This document shows positions 21,020-31,418 of a stretch of DNA of 64,000 nucleotides, piece after piece. The DNA lies in IMG/VR virus record IMGVR_UViG_3300009149_007629, positions 5,178 through 69,177 of that record. One strand, written 5' to 3'. Each line of letters starts with the position of its first letter. Position 1 is the stretch's first letter. The translations under genes were made by a program, and so were the position numbers. The notes beneath the pieces were generated by a model that saw nothing but the letters and a program-made list of their open reading frames with translations, searched no databases and was not told the DNA's origin. The DNA comes from a virus.

Positions 21020-21664
21020 TTAGATGTATCTATCCGGTATATACCTAGGTATATACTCACCATCAAGTCCCTCTACACCGGTCACTCCCTGGATACTTAT
21101 CCCCTGCAAACCCGTAGCTCCCTGAATACCCGTATCCCCTAAATAACCTTCTATCCCTTGGAGCCCCGTAATACCTTGGTATCCTGTAAACCCCTTATAC
21201 CCCTCGTCTCCTTTAGCACCTTTTAAGGTATAATTTCCCTGCCCCTTATATACCTCGAGATCTTCCTTCTTTATAGGATTTATACCAGTAAGACCAGATG
21301 ACCCATCCTGTGTCAGTTTTACTAATACTAAAGGGACTTTATTTGATAGGTCCGGGAAAACTTTAACATCTCCGTAGCTTTTTTTATTAAAAGATGCGCT
21401 AGGAAGAACTTCTATTGTACCGGTTTCTGTACGTACTATAAGGACATATAAGATAGAATTAACATGATTAAAGACCCTCCGAGATACCTGATTTATGTAC
21501 TTAAGAACAACTTCTTCTACATTAAGTCTTAAATCATTTAGGTATACCCAGGTCCCTTCAACAACAGTAGCACCACCCTTAAAAAAGACGATATTCTCGC
21601 CCTCTGAGCTACTATTCTTAACTTTTATCTTAAAGTTATTATCTTTTTTGGGTTTTAAAGCCAT
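21020..21664 (-). CDS. collagen-like (G-X-Y) fibre protein, paralog of 22087..22737
   Basis: C-terminal GAKGDEGYKGFTGYQGITGLQG... repeat; shares LKPK, WV.., QDGSS and LKGAxG with 22087..22737. Confidence 0.85.
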   Translation of the reverse strand: MALKPKKDNNFKIKVKNSSSEGENIVFFKGGATVVEGTWVYLNDLRLNVEEVVLKYINQVSRRVFNHVNSILYVLIVRTETGTIEVLPSASFNKKSYGDVKVFPDLSNKVPLVLVKLTQDGSSGLTGINPIKKEDLEVYKGQGNYTLKGAKGDEGYKGFTGYQGITGLQGIEGYLGDTGIQGATGLQGISIQGVTGVEGLDGEYIPRYIPDRYI

Positions 21665-21713
21665 AGAAGGCCTGCGCTATCCTCAGATATAGGTATTAAA
21701 TACTGTAGATAAT

Positions 21714-21726
21714 ATTAAAACATTAT
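21714..21726 (-). promoter_or_regulatory. candidate late-promoter motif ATAATGTTTTAAT
   Basis: Intergenic, about 50 nt upstream of the 21664 start; resembles the motifs at 16338 and 43745. Confidence 0.3.
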
Positions 21727-21731
21727 CGTTA

Positions 21732-22067
21732 TTATTTAGTAATCTTCCTATATTCGCTGGCAGCTCCAGATGCCTTATCGATTATGACCTGTCCGATCAA
21801 AAGTTCTATCAGCTCTTTAAAACCTGTAGGGTTCAAATAATCCGGGTCCTCATTCTCAGACACTATTTGTTCTATTTCAGGTTCCTTGATATCCTTAATA
21901 GCATCACCAACTTGTTCTAAAAGGTTCTTGTAGAATAAAGTACTCGGTACTCCATTCACTAAATAGGGGCTCTGCTTATCCATAGGATTTATTGCTTCTT
22001 TATCAGAAGACAGCACTATTGATCTATTTATTACACTTCTAGCTTTCTCTCTTAAAACCTCATCCAT
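21732..22067 (-). CDS. hypothetical protein
   Basis: 111-aa ORF with a strong SD (TAAGGAG). Confidence 0.8.
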   Translation of the reverse strand: MDEVLREKARSVINRSIVLSSDKEAINPMDKQSPYLVNGVPSTLFYKNLLEQVGDAIKDIKEPEIEQIVSENEDPDYLNPTGFKELIELLIGQVIIDKASGAASEYRKITK

Positions 22068-22086
22068 CTTTTGCTCCTTATATTTA

Positions 22087-22737
22087 TTAAAAGAAATCTT
22101 CGAACGGTATATCGATGTCCCAACTGATACCTGTCATACCTGGAAAACCAGTTACTCCCTGATTACCGGGTATTACAGGACCTACTAAACCGGTTACTCC
22201 TATAAACCCTGTTTCTCCTACTATACCAGGTATTCCTGTCTCTCCTACTATACCAGTTTCCCCATAAGTTGTGCTAGGTTCTCCTTGAGCACCCTTTAAG
22301 TTCTTCTTTATTATATTACCAGACCCAGAGAAAAACTGTATGTTTTCATTTTCTAAAGGTTTATAACCATACACTAGATCTGAGCTACCATCCTGGATAG
22401 CTATGACACCCACTAAAGGTGCTATCGTAAAACCCACAGGACGAGGTACGGCCTGCATCGTTGTAAAAGGTACATGAGTACCTTCTATTACAGTTATACC
22501 CTCATTTACATCTATACCTATCAGCAGGTACACTGCGAAATTTCTATCTTTAAAGAATCTTGTCCTGGAGCCTTTAATCACAGTATTTATATAAGAGGAT
22601 AGTCGGAATAGTGTCCCTTTATAGCTTACCCATTTATTATCTATAATGATTGAGCCAGATTCTATCTTCACTGAATCATCGGAATAATTAGGGACTGTTA
22701 CTCCCTTTATCTTATTATTTTTTGGCTTAAGCATCAA
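22087..22737 (-). CDS. collagen-like (G-X-Y) fibre protein
   Basis: GETGIVGETGIPGIVGETGFIGVTG... repeat; TTG start with SD AAGGA. Confidence 0.85.
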   Translation of the reverse strand: MMLKPKNNKIKGVTVPNYSDDSVKIESGSIIIDNKWVSYKGTLFRLSSYINTVIKGSRTRFFKDRNFAVYLLIGIDVNEGITVIEGTHVPFTTMQAVPRPVGFTIAPLVGVIAIQDGSSDLVYGYKPLENENIQFFSGSGNIIKKNLKGAQGEPSTTYGETGIVGETGIPGIVGETGFIGVTGLVGPVIPGNQGVTGFPGMTGISWDIDIPFEDFF

Positions 22738-22745
22738 AATTCCTT

Positions 22746-24326
22746 TTAATCATATATTAATATCGGGCCCTGAGGTCTACTAAAACCAGATCCTATAGGA
22801 TTCTCTGTACTAGCAGGTATATAAACTCTTATTCCACTACTATCCTGATAAGATAAAGTCTCTCCAACTCCCTGTATAACTGCTAATCTTAAATCTAATC
22901 TATTTTCAGCAGGAGCAAAATCCCATGTCTTTAATTTAGCGTATACTGTTATATAAAGGGGTTTCTGAGCTGAAGAGGATATATTTACTTTTATATAATC
23001 TATAGTGATCTTTGTATCAGAGGATATCCCGTCACTTACCGTAAGTTTAACTTCCCAGATACCAGGAAGAGTATATACATGACTAGGATTCTGCTCTATA
23101 CTAGTATTCCCGTCCCCGAAATCCCATAACCATGATATTATAGGGCCAGAAGTAAACGTACTAGTATCTGTAAATTGTACAGATAAGGGTTGGTACCCCT
23201 CAAGTATGTTTGCTGTAAAATCTGCTACAGGTGGTGCGGAGGCTTCTACCAAATCTAGCCATATAATTTCATCTATTGCTTGGACCTGAGCCCATGTTTC
23301 TCCTCCATCCTCAGATTTATATATTCCATCTTGAGCGGATACCGCGACCACAACTCCTGACTCATACTCTTTTATTGAGGAGATATACCCTGAAGGAGTA
23401 GTTAAGGTATTTGTAAAGGCAGCCCCTGTATCATCTGTTGATAAATAGATTTTACCCGGTACATAAATCGCATAATCATAGTAGCCACTTCCGGTACCTA
23501 CAAGGATACGGCCAGAAGAAAGTACCTCTACACATGAACCTATACTATAAGTGTTACTTAAAAAAACATCATTAGGGTATCCACTAGGATAAGCAACCAT
23601 ATCTACTGGATATCCTGGAGGCATGCTACCTGGCCAGATGGCCCCGCCATCAAATGATTGTGTAATAGCAGGCAAAGTTTTATCAGGCAAGTAAAAATAT
23701 GCAGCACCTACTCTTAACACCCTATTGCTATCTATATAATGTGTATCTAAGGTATAACTCCACGAGGAAGTATAGGTATAGGGGGGTATAGGTGGGATAG
23801 AAATACTAGGTTTAGAATAGGATGTTATTGTACCTAATCCATAATTGTCTATTATAAGATACGCATTATTAGTCTGAGATATTACCAAAGAGCCTGACAC
23901 TGCCCCATCTCTTACGCCATATACTGAATGAGAATATGAGGATGGTGTCCAGGGCCCATCAGGACCCGTATCTGACCGGTAAATATTATCATAGGAATTA
24001 ATAACAGCAAGAGTCCCATTATCAAACAGATGTATCCTCATAGCTGTATTATGGTATGGCCAATTAGTTGAATAAACATCTGACCAAGGAGGAGTGCTAG
24101 AGCCTACCATAGTCCAGGTATCTCCACCATCCTCTGATCTTATTATTCTACCTTTACCATAACCCGGAATAGTAGTATTAGGAACAAATACTAATCCGTA
24201 AGCAAGATCACCCTTGCAGGATAGGTTATATACCTCATAATCATTATAGACTAATTGCCAAGTAGTACCTCCGTCTTTAGACTGGGTGATACCACCAGGA
24301 CCTGATGCTAATATGTTTATAGCCAT
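22746..24326 (-). CDS. BNR/Asp-box beta-propeller + PKD domain adhesin-like protein
   Basis: Multiple SxDGGxTW repeats; PKD PVADF...WDFGDG...NPSHVY; C-terminal RPQGP motif. Confidence 0.85.
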   Translation of the reverse strand: MAINILASGPGGITQSKDGGTTWQLVYNDYEVYNLSCKGDLAYGLVFVPNTTIPGYGKGRIIRSEDGGDTWTMVGSSTPPWSDVYSTNWPYHNTAMRIHLFDNGTLAVINSYDNIYRSDTGPDGPWTPSSYSHSVYGVRDGAVSGSLVISQTNNAYLIIDNYGLGTITSYSKPSISIPPIPPYTYTSSWSYTLDTHYIDSNRVLRVGAAYFYLPDKTLPAITQSFDGGAIWPGSMPPGYPVDMVAYPSGYPNDVFLSNTYSIGSCVEVLSSGRILVGTGSGYYDYAIYVPGKIYLSTDDTGAAFTNTLTTPSGYISSIKEYESGVVVAVSAQDGIYKSEDGGETWAQVQAIDEIIWLDLVEASAPPVADFTANILEGYQPLSVQFTDTSTFTSGPIISWLWDFGDGNTSIEQNPSHVYTLPGIWEVKLTVSDGISSDTKITIDYIKVNISSSAQKPLYITVYAKLKTWDFAPAENRLDLRLAVIQGVGETLSYQDSSGIRVYIPASTENPIGSGFSRPQGPILIYD

Positions 24327-24331
24327 AAGTT

Positions 24332-25843
24332 TTAATCGAAAACCAGTACTGGACCTTGGGGTCTTTGAAAACCACCAGGATCCGGATCATTAAAATATGC
24401 CGGGATAGTAGCTCTTATACCAACTCCAGTATTGAATAGATATTGAGCACTGCCCTTTGCTACCATAACTTTTAATAGTAGGTTATTATCCAGGATAGAT
24501 TCATCATAAGTCTTCAAATTCGGGAAGACCCTTACATAGTTAATTTTTTGTTTTATGCCTTCAAAATTAACTACGATATATTCTGTTCTAATTAATGTAT
24601 CTGATCCTATACTATTTGTTACTGTTAACGATACCGTGTACTTTCCAGGACTTCCATATATATGCAAAGGATTTTGAACATTAGATACTCCACTATCTCC
24701 AAAGTCCCATTCCCATAAAGTTATTGGATCAGAATCAGATATACTCTCATCTGTGAATTGTACTGTTAAAGGATTATATCCTTCTAAAGGAGTCGCAGTA
24801 AAATCAGCTACAGGAGGTATTATACCTTCTATCAAATCAAGATGTGTTAATCCCGTCTGTGTAAAAACAGAGGACCAACTACTTCCATCATCCGTGGATT
24901 TTTCAACACCGCCATTATAGGATATTGCATACACAGTAGTGCTACTACTATCTTCTTCTATATCTACTATATTTTGTCCTAAATATATAGACGCAAAGTG
25001 CTCCCCAAGATCGTCTGAGATACTTATGCCACCAGAAGTACCTACAAGCACTCTTCCCGAATTTAAAAGTCGTATTACTCTATTAACTGCATTATATCCT
25101 CCGAATACATCGTAAGGCCACCCCGTTTGACCTAAAGTAGGAGTACTAGGCCATGTTGCCCCCCCATCAAAAGAGTGTGCAACAAGTGATACATTGTCCG
25201 TAGGAGGTCCAAAATACCCTCCACCAACTCTTATTATGTGATTTGAGGTCACATAAATAACATCATAAGTTGATAGCATCCCTGCTATATAATAAGAAGG
25301 AGAGAATATCTGTGTCTCGGGCTTATCTACGGAAGTAACAGGCCCAGCTCCATAATTCTCTATAATATCGTAGAAGCGTTTAGGACCAGGATCAGAATAA
25401 CCCCTAAGAACTAAAACAGACCCTGTATCAAAATCTTTAACAGACCAAGGGCCTCTTTTATAGGATGTGTTTACTAAAGTCCAGGGACCTGCTGGCCCTG
25501 TTGTAGATCTATATATACCATCAGAATAAGTAAATAAAAGTAATGTTCCATTTTCAAATAGGTGCAACCAAACATCATAATATTCTACATAGGCGTTTCC
25601 GTACCATGTCCCTGATAAATCCCATGAAGGACCTATCAAATTCCACGTCTCTCCTCTATCAGTAGACTCTATTATTCTAGTAGTATTAGGAGATCCCGAT
25701 ATATAAGCTAGTCCATAACAAAGACTATCTTTGCAAGTAACATTTATTACAGGATAGTCTGTATATACCGGTTGCCAACTGACTCCTTCATCAATTGATC
25801 TATATATACCACTATATCCAGAAGCTAATACGAATAAACTCAT
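24332..25843 (-). CDS. BNR/Asp-box beta-propeller + PKD domain adhesin-like protein (paralog of 22746..24326)
   Basis: SxDxGxxW repeats; PKD WDFGDSG; C-terminal RPQGP motif. Confidence 0.85.
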   Translation of the reverse strand: MSLFVLASGYSGIYRSIDEGVSWQPVYTDYPVINVTCKDSLCYGLAYISGSPNTTRIIESTDRGETWNLIGPSWDLSGTWYGNAYVEYYDVWLHLFENGTLLLFTYSDGIYRSTTGPAGPWTLVNTSYKRGPWSVKDFDTGSVLVLRGYSDPGPKRFYDIIENYGAGPVTSVDKPETQIFSPSYYIAGMLSTYDVIYVTSNHIIRVGGGYFGPPTDNVSLVAHSFDGGATWPSTPTLGQTGWPYDVFGGYNAVNRVIRLLNSGRVLVGTSGGISISDDLGEHFASIYLGQNIVDIEEDSSSTTVYAISYNGGVEKSTDDGSSWSSVFTQTGLTHLDLIEGIIPPVADFTATPLEGYNPLTVQFTDESISDSDPITLWEWDFGDSGVSNVQNPLHIYGSPGKYTVSLTVTNSIGSDTLIRTEYIVVNFEGIKQKINYVRVFPNLKTYDESILDNNLLLKVMVAKGSAQYLFNTGVGIRATIPAYFNDPDPGGFQRPQGPVLVFD

Positions 25844-25862
25844 TTATTCTATAAATCCTTAG

Positions 25863-25964
25863 TCAAAAATCTATGTAACTTGTCTTACTAACAGTAGTCT
25901 CTATAACTCTGGAAGTATACGGGGACCGTTCCTTCTAACTTGATGTCAATATATTTGTAGACAT
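25863..25964 (-). pseudogene. unannotated micro-ORF with internal TAG: MSTNILTSS*KERSPYTSRVIETTVSKTSYIDF
   Basis: SD-like AAAGGT before ATG; fills the intergenic gap; shares ERSP with micro-ORF 32783..32908; TAG at 25935-25937. Confidence 0.5.
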
Positions 25965-25995
25965 ACTTACCTTTTAAAAGAAAATCTTCTCTTTA

Positions 25996-26220
25996 TTACA
26001 CGTTTATACGTACTCTTAAACTGACCGTATGAAAACCATCTTGTACATATACATGTACAGGGTGCTCTTCTGTAGATGTATTACCATCTCCAAAATCCCA
26101 TAACCACCCATCAACCGAGTAGCCCAAAGAAATTGTTGTCAAATTTGTAAAAGCTACAGCTAATGGGGGTTTACCTGTTAATGGAGTGGCTTCAAAATTT
26201 ATATTTACACTTAGACTCAT
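25996..26220 (-). CDS. single PKD-domain protein lacking the final strand
   Basis: WLWDFGDGNTSTEEHPVHVY; ATGA overlap with the upstream gene. Confidence 0.85.
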   Translation of the reverse strand: MSLSVNINFEATPLTGKPPLAVAFTNLTTISLGYSVDGWLWDFGDGNTSTEEHPVHVYVQDGFHTVSLRVRINV

Positions 26221-27536
26221 ATCACCACCTTCACATTCTGGCTCACACTATATCTATTATGAGTTAAGTATGTATTCTTTGGATTAATTTCATTTGAAGT
26301 ATTACCATCCCCAAAATACCAGGTACGCCCTGATATCGAGTATCCCACAGGTACTTCAGATTTATCTTTAAACTGTACTGTAAGGGGCGCAGGGCCTGCA
26401 GTAGGGATACCCTCAAAATCCACCAGAAGCTGAAAAGTCCTCGAATGTATAAAATCCGTTTTAGATTCAGTATCTTGAGTACCAAGACTATTCCAAACAG
26501 TTAAACTAACTGTATAAAGCCCAGGGACATTAAACCGATGCTGTGGATTTTGATCTTCTGAACTATACCCATCTCCGAAATCCCATAACCACTGCACAAT
26601 AGGTAAAAATGAAATTGATGCGTCTGTAAACTGTACTAGCGGGAAATACCCATCTGTAGGAGTAGCTGTAAAATCTGCTACAGGAGCCGGTGAGATAACA
26701 GAAATGTAGTCTGTTTTTATATCAGCATCAGAACTACCAGGTCCACTAGCAGTTAAAGTAACTGTGTAGGTACCCGGAGAGCTGTAGATATGTATAGGAT
26801 TTTGATCCGTAGAAGTATTAGTATCTCCAAAATCCCATAACCAACTCGTGATATAACCTGTAGATAGATCCGTAAAAGTTACAGATAAAGGAGGAGCCCC
26901 TAATGTAGGGGTACCTGAGAAGTCTGAAACTATTACAGGGACGTACTCCTCCAAAAACACGTTAGGGGGAGATCCTACAGCTGAGTATGCATTATATAGA
27001 GGGGATCCAAGCTCATCTACTACCGACTGGAACTCACCTACACGAGTAGTATCCCAATATAAGTCTGAAGACTCCTGTACTACCCCATTGATAATATCAT
27101 CATACACATAGTACCTAAAAGTCTTTGGGTCTGTATCAAAGAGCACAAACAACCGAGGCTCCATACCTGCTTCCACATACGGAGACACCTGTATGACATT
27201 ACTAAGCAACGTGCGCACAAGCTGTACAGACGGGGTCTCTGAACCAAATGGTTCTATCACGTACATATTTAGATCCCCATTTTGTGTCACACCAAAGAAC
27301 CATATCTTATCGGTATCTATGACATAAGCAGGAGTCTGTGCTTTTGATATTCTGAAGGTAGAAGCCAGGATCTGATCAAGTCTGAACTTCTCTCCTTCAT
27401 ACTCGCACAAAAAGATACGAGCATTGATACGTATAACAGCCCAAAAAGATCCTTTGACAAGGATACCCTGAGGTATCCTCTCATTACCGATCCCGGTTAA
27501 AAAATGCTCTTCTCTTTGGGTAATTGGTATAGACAT
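26217..27536 (-). CDS. protein with an N-terminal beta-rich domain and three PKD domains
   Basis: Three W(D/Y)FGD repeats; the third ends before the last strand. Confidence 0.88.
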   Translation of the reverse strand: MSIPITQREEHFLTGIGNERIPQGILVKGSFWAVIRINARIFLCEYEGEKFRLDQILASTFRISKAQTPAYVIDTDKIWFFGVTQNGDLNMYVIEPFGSETPSVQLVRTLLSNVIQVSPYVEAGMEPRLFVLFDTDPKTFRYYVYDDIINGVVQESSDLYWDTTRVGEFQSVVDELGSPLYNAYSAVGSPPNVFLEEYVPVIVSDFSGTPTLGAPPLSVTFTDLSTGYITSWLWDFGDTNTSTDQNPIHIYSSPGTYTVTLTASGPGSSDADIKTDYISVISPAPVADFTATPTDGYFPLVQFTDASISFLPIVQWLWDFGDGYSSEDQNPQHRFNVPGLYTVSLTVWNSLGTQDTESKTDFIHSRTFQLLVDFEGIPTAGPAPLTVQFKDKSEVPVGYSISGRTWYFGDGNTSNEINPKNTYLTHNRYSVSQNVKVVI

Positions 27537-27542
27537 ACTTTG

Positions 27543-30500
27543 TTACCCGCGCATAGTGTACATGTATGTAAGTCTAAAGGTCTTGCCTGTAGATCTTATA
27601 GAGAATTGAAAATGCCCTCTACTAGAATAAACCCCATAGCTGTTGTCTGGTAATACTGGTCGATATAAATCCACTATAGGGGTCTCTGGACCCGCCATTA
27701 TTATAGGAGTATTAGACAAAGCATCCTGGTATGTCTCTGCCACTTGCACATGGTCGTGCTCACCCGCCACCGGTATCGCATAGTACCAGGTATCGTTTAC
27801 CAATGGGAACGGAGTCAAACCTGTATCTTGTTTTAATCTTATAAGAGATCCCACAGGGAATGGGTGGTCCATCGATATCAGATCCGTCCCTGTATCAATA
27901 GTACAGTACTTAAACATTCCTGTTTTCTGCTGTGTGTATATAGTAATATTACCTACACCTGCTGTGGGGAGTATATCGATGGGGGAGCCAGGTCCAGGAG
28001 TTGAAGATACCTGTATAGTAGTATCATCAACATAAATAACATAATAATAACCAAACTCACTTAATGGACTAGGTAAAACACCATTATCTGATTTAAATTG
28101 AACCGTTGTACCATCCTGGAATATCGCTCCATCAACTTCTAACCAATTATTACCTAAATCAGCAGTTATCCCACCAGCTTCCTCTTCCGACCCACTTATA
28201 GAAACATAAGAGTATTGTACTGGAAGAGTGTATGTTGTCACACCCACACCTGGAGTTGTTAGAATATTAATGTAGGTGTTATTTGATGCATCTGACACAG
28301 AGTACGCTAACCGAATCTCCGTAGGTGATACATTAATAGCATAGTATATTCGCTCCTCTACCAAAGGATCTGGCAGTACATCATTGTCTGAGTATAGAAG
28401 TACTTTGCTACCTGTAGGGATATCTTCTGCTACTGTAAGTATGTCTGTAACGTCACTATAGCTAAAGGACTGTGAAGCGGGTATCTCGTATATCCGTGCA
28501 TTATCATCATCCGAATCTATATCTCTAAAGTTAGGATCGGTTGCGGAGGATATCTCATAGATCTCTCCACTGCCTATCGTGTCGTAGGCATTCTCTTCTC
28601 CTCGAGCATCACAATAGAAATATTTACCCTGCATACTCATTGTCTGAAGGTTGTCTTTAAAAGGCATTGGACCATACCCGAAGGTAAACTGTTCCCCTTC
28701 TATAAACTGCTCATCCCAGGGTTTACCCGTAGCATTATTAAATTGTAGGGACAAATCGTCTAGAAAAGGCATCGTACCCGTTTTTTGTATTTTTCTTGGA
28801 GTAGGAGATGTCTGATACTCCCATGAGGATCCGTTCCACCCATACGTTGCAGGACGACCTGTATCAGACACCTGAAAAAAAACATTACTCATAAGTTTAA
28901 TGTTCATTCCATTGTCTAGCGCTATCTTTGTCCGCCAGCATGAATAGAACCACGGTAGACGAGACAATAATGTCCCACCATAAAGGGTCGCGTCACAATT
29001 ATTGAAGCGGGAATACCATGCTGTCCCATAGTTTGTTACACTCGAAGTACCGTCTAGTTTGTATACAGCAACACGTATTACATAGTTATAATCTCCTGGA
29101 TTATAACTATATAGGTCAACGAAGGTATCTTCATAAATTTGCGATAAAGGACCATAACAATATGAAAGTATATTCTCAACTGAAACAGGATAGGGGGAAA
29201 CTAAAGAAGCAGATCCTGTACCTGCACCCGTCACAGTGACATCATATAAACGTATATCCGTGCCTCTCCTTATGAAGACTTGTGTAGTCCCCTCAACTAT
29301 TGACACTCCATAATGATAGGATGAACTTGCACCGGGGATACCCATTACGTTATACCACCCTACACCATCTTCAAGTACCCATGCCTTATCATAGTAGTAA
29401 GAACCCTCATCAGAAGACATATCAGGGTATCTACCACCCCTCACAACTCTACCGTTGTTCGCAGTAAGTTGACCCGCGCATATGCGAATCTCATAAGTGC
29501 TCATTCCACTTAAAGCGGTTGCTGTTGTATACTGTATCCCTGTTGGACCTGCAAGATCTATCCTTGTTAAACCTGTATCATGGCCCGCCCACAGATATGT
29601 AGTTACAGAATCGTACGCCATGTCTTTTATATTACTATCAATAAGACCATCTCCGCCCACAACTAATAGTGTAGGAGATGTTGTCGGAGCTGTAGTATCA
29701 TACTCAAAAATCCCCTGATTTGTCCCTATATAAAGTTTTGTACCTATCGTTATTACACGGCGCAATCTTGTAGAGCTATCTCCAAATTTACAAAGAGCTT
29801 CGGATGTCTCCAGGGTGTTCCACAGCCACCGGCACATGTTGTAATCTCCTGAATACCTACTTTTTTGTACCGTGTATAAATAACCCCCTAGTAATTCTGA
29901 GCATCCTTCTATCATAGAGTCCATCATAGCGTAAGAGGATATGGAAGGTCCCGCACCAGCTGTACCACCTTCACCAGGATCACCCGACCAGCCTAAATCA
30001 TGTGGCATAACTTTATTATCCACATCTATACCCATGGATAGTTGATATATAAAGTCTCCTGGAGCCCAAGGAGATGCCTCTACTACGTACTGTCCGGTGT
30101 TTTGCCTGACCATAGTACCACTACCATCAGACGTAAGAGTGATGGCTGACCCTCCTTCTGAAGTAGATAAGCGTGTAGTCGTAGTATTTTTATAAACGAT
30201 ATAGTAATCTGTGTCTATCACTAAAGGAGAAGGTAAACTCCCGCCTGTGACACGCACTATATCGTTTACTGCCCAGTCCTGGTCAAGATCCATAATGATA
30301 TCGTCTATAGGAGAGCCAGATACCGTAAAAGTATCGTCTACCACATCAGAGGCATCTCCCGTCTTTGTTATTCTTGTCTTACCTACATAGTTAAATATGT
30401 TGTTAGGGATACCAGACAATTCTAAAACTCCCTGTGACAAGGGAGGATAACCTGCATCATTAAATATCTGACTTTCTCTTCCTACAGGATGAGCAAATAC

Positions 30501-31403
30501 TCTGGAGAAACTCGGCCTCAAAGTATCAATAGGGGAGTATCCATATGTAGCCTGAAAGGAACTCTGAGTGTATTGAGTACTTATATAAGCTCTTGCTAAA
30601 TGTTTTTTCGCAAAGCACAGGGCTCCTACCGGCCCCCAATGCTCCGTAGTAGCAAAGTCCCTTTTGACCCTCCTCGAATAGTAAGATCCTTTCTTTGACA
30701 GAGCATGTGAATCATCATATGTGTCCGCTCTTATGGCAGGGTCCCTCATCAGTTTGTTCACGTCAGAAGGAGGAAGGAATCTAGTAAAACACAAATGAAG
30801 ATCCGTAGTACTTGAGCTAGAAGACCCAAAAAGTCTCCCCACATCTAATAGGATAGCTCTATTTATCCCAAAATTTAAATACCTATTATCTGGAACATTA
30901 AATCCTCCTCCTAAATAAGAAGCAAAAAAAGTATACTTAACATAAAGGTACTGGTTTGTATTCTGAGTAATGGGAGTTGATAGTTCTATAAAAGAGTTAA
31001 AATCACACTGGGTATAGTCCATACGTAGACCTATCAAACGTATTGTGCGAGTCGAACCGGGTAATCCAAAGTTATTGCTTAACCAAAAAGAATTATTATC
31101 ATAGTCTACTGTAGAAAGAGTTAAATTTAGGTCGCTACTTTCAACAAGGACACTTATACTGTCCGATAAACCCGCTACTCTATAGTCTGTAGCTGGATTT
31201 AAAATTTCATCAGATAGCTGTATTCTATAATCGAAGCTCTGACTAGTTACTGATAAGTAACTACTGGCTCCTAAATCAGTTTGGTTACATAAAAGGCTTA
31301 ACATCCTATCACTAACGGTATTCCATTGGGACCCTTCTAAATCAGTCTCATTCGTGTCAGCATTAACTAATTTCCACTCATAAAAACCTTTAGCTTTTAA
31401 CAT
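27543..31403 (-). CDS. large tail-fibre/receptor-binding-like protein with beta-propeller and four LPxPL repeat domains
   Basis: Propeller blades LYIGTNQGI and LWAGHDTGL; repeats L(P/T)xPL...YY(I/A/V)...(R/Q)(L/V)(S/A); located in the adhesin cluster. Confidence 0.7.
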   Translation of the reverse strand: MLKAKGFYEWKLVNADTNETDLEGSQWNTVSDRMLSLLCNQTDLGASSYLSVTSQSFDYRIQLSDEILNPATDYRVAGLSDSISVLVESSDLNLTLSTVDYDNNSFWLSNNFGLPGSTRTIRLIGLRMDYTQCDFNSFIELSTPITQNTNQYLYVKYTFFASYLGGGFNVPDNRYLNFGINRAILLDVGRLFGSSSSSTTDLHLCFTRFLPPSDVNKLMRDPAIRADTYDDSHALSKKGSYYSRRVKRDFATTEHWGPVGALCFAKKHLARAYISTQYTQSSFQATYGYSPIDTLRPSFSRVFAHPVGRESQIFNDAGYPPLSQGVLELSGIPNNIFNYVGKTRITKTGDASDVVDDTFTVSGSPIDDIIMDLDQDWAVNDIVRVTGGSLPSPLVIDTDYYIVYKNTTTTRLSTSEGGSAITLTSDGSGTMVRQNTGQYVVEASPWAPGDFIYQLSMGIDVDNKVMPHDLGWSGDPGEGGTAGAGPSISSYAMMDSMIEGCSELLGGYLYTVQKSRYSGDYNMCRWLWNTLETSEALCKFGDSSTRLRRVITIGTKLYIGTNQGIFEYDTTAPTTSPTLLVVGGDGLIDSNIKDMAYDSVTTYLWAGHDTGLTRIDLAGPTGIQYTTATALSGMSTYEIRICAGQLTANNGRVVRGGRYPDMSSDEGSYYYDKAWVLEDGVGWYNVMGIPGASSSYHYGVSIVEGTTQVFIRRGTDIRLYDVTVTGAGTGSASLVSPYPVSVENILSYCYGPLSQIYEDTFVDLYSYNPGDYNYVIRVAVYKLDGTSSVTNYGTAWYSRFNNCDATLYGGTLLSRLPWFYSCWRTKIALDNGMNIKLMSNVFFQVSDTGRPATYGWNGSSWEYQTSPTPRKIQKTGTMPFLDDLSLQFNNATGKPWDEQFIEGEQFTFGYGPMPFKDNLQTMSMQGKYFYCDARGEENAYDTIGSGEIYEISSATDPNFRDIDSDDDNARIYEIPASQSFSYSDVTDILTVAEDIPTGSKVLLYSDNDVLPDPLVEERIYYAINVSPTEIRLAYSVSDASNNTYINILTTPGVGVTTYTLPVQYSYVSISGSEEEAGGITADLGNNWLEVDGAIFQDGTTVQFKSDNGVLPSPLSEFGYYYVIYVDDTTIQVSSTPGPGSPIDILPTAGVGNITIYTQQKTGMFKYCTIDTGTDLISMDHPFPVGSLIRLKQDTGLTPFPLVNDTWYYAIPVAGEHDHVQVAETYQDALSNTPIIMAGPETPIVDLYRPVLPDNSYGVYSSRGHFQFSIRSTGKTFRLTYMYTMRG

Positions 31404-31418
31404 AACCTGTTACCCTCT

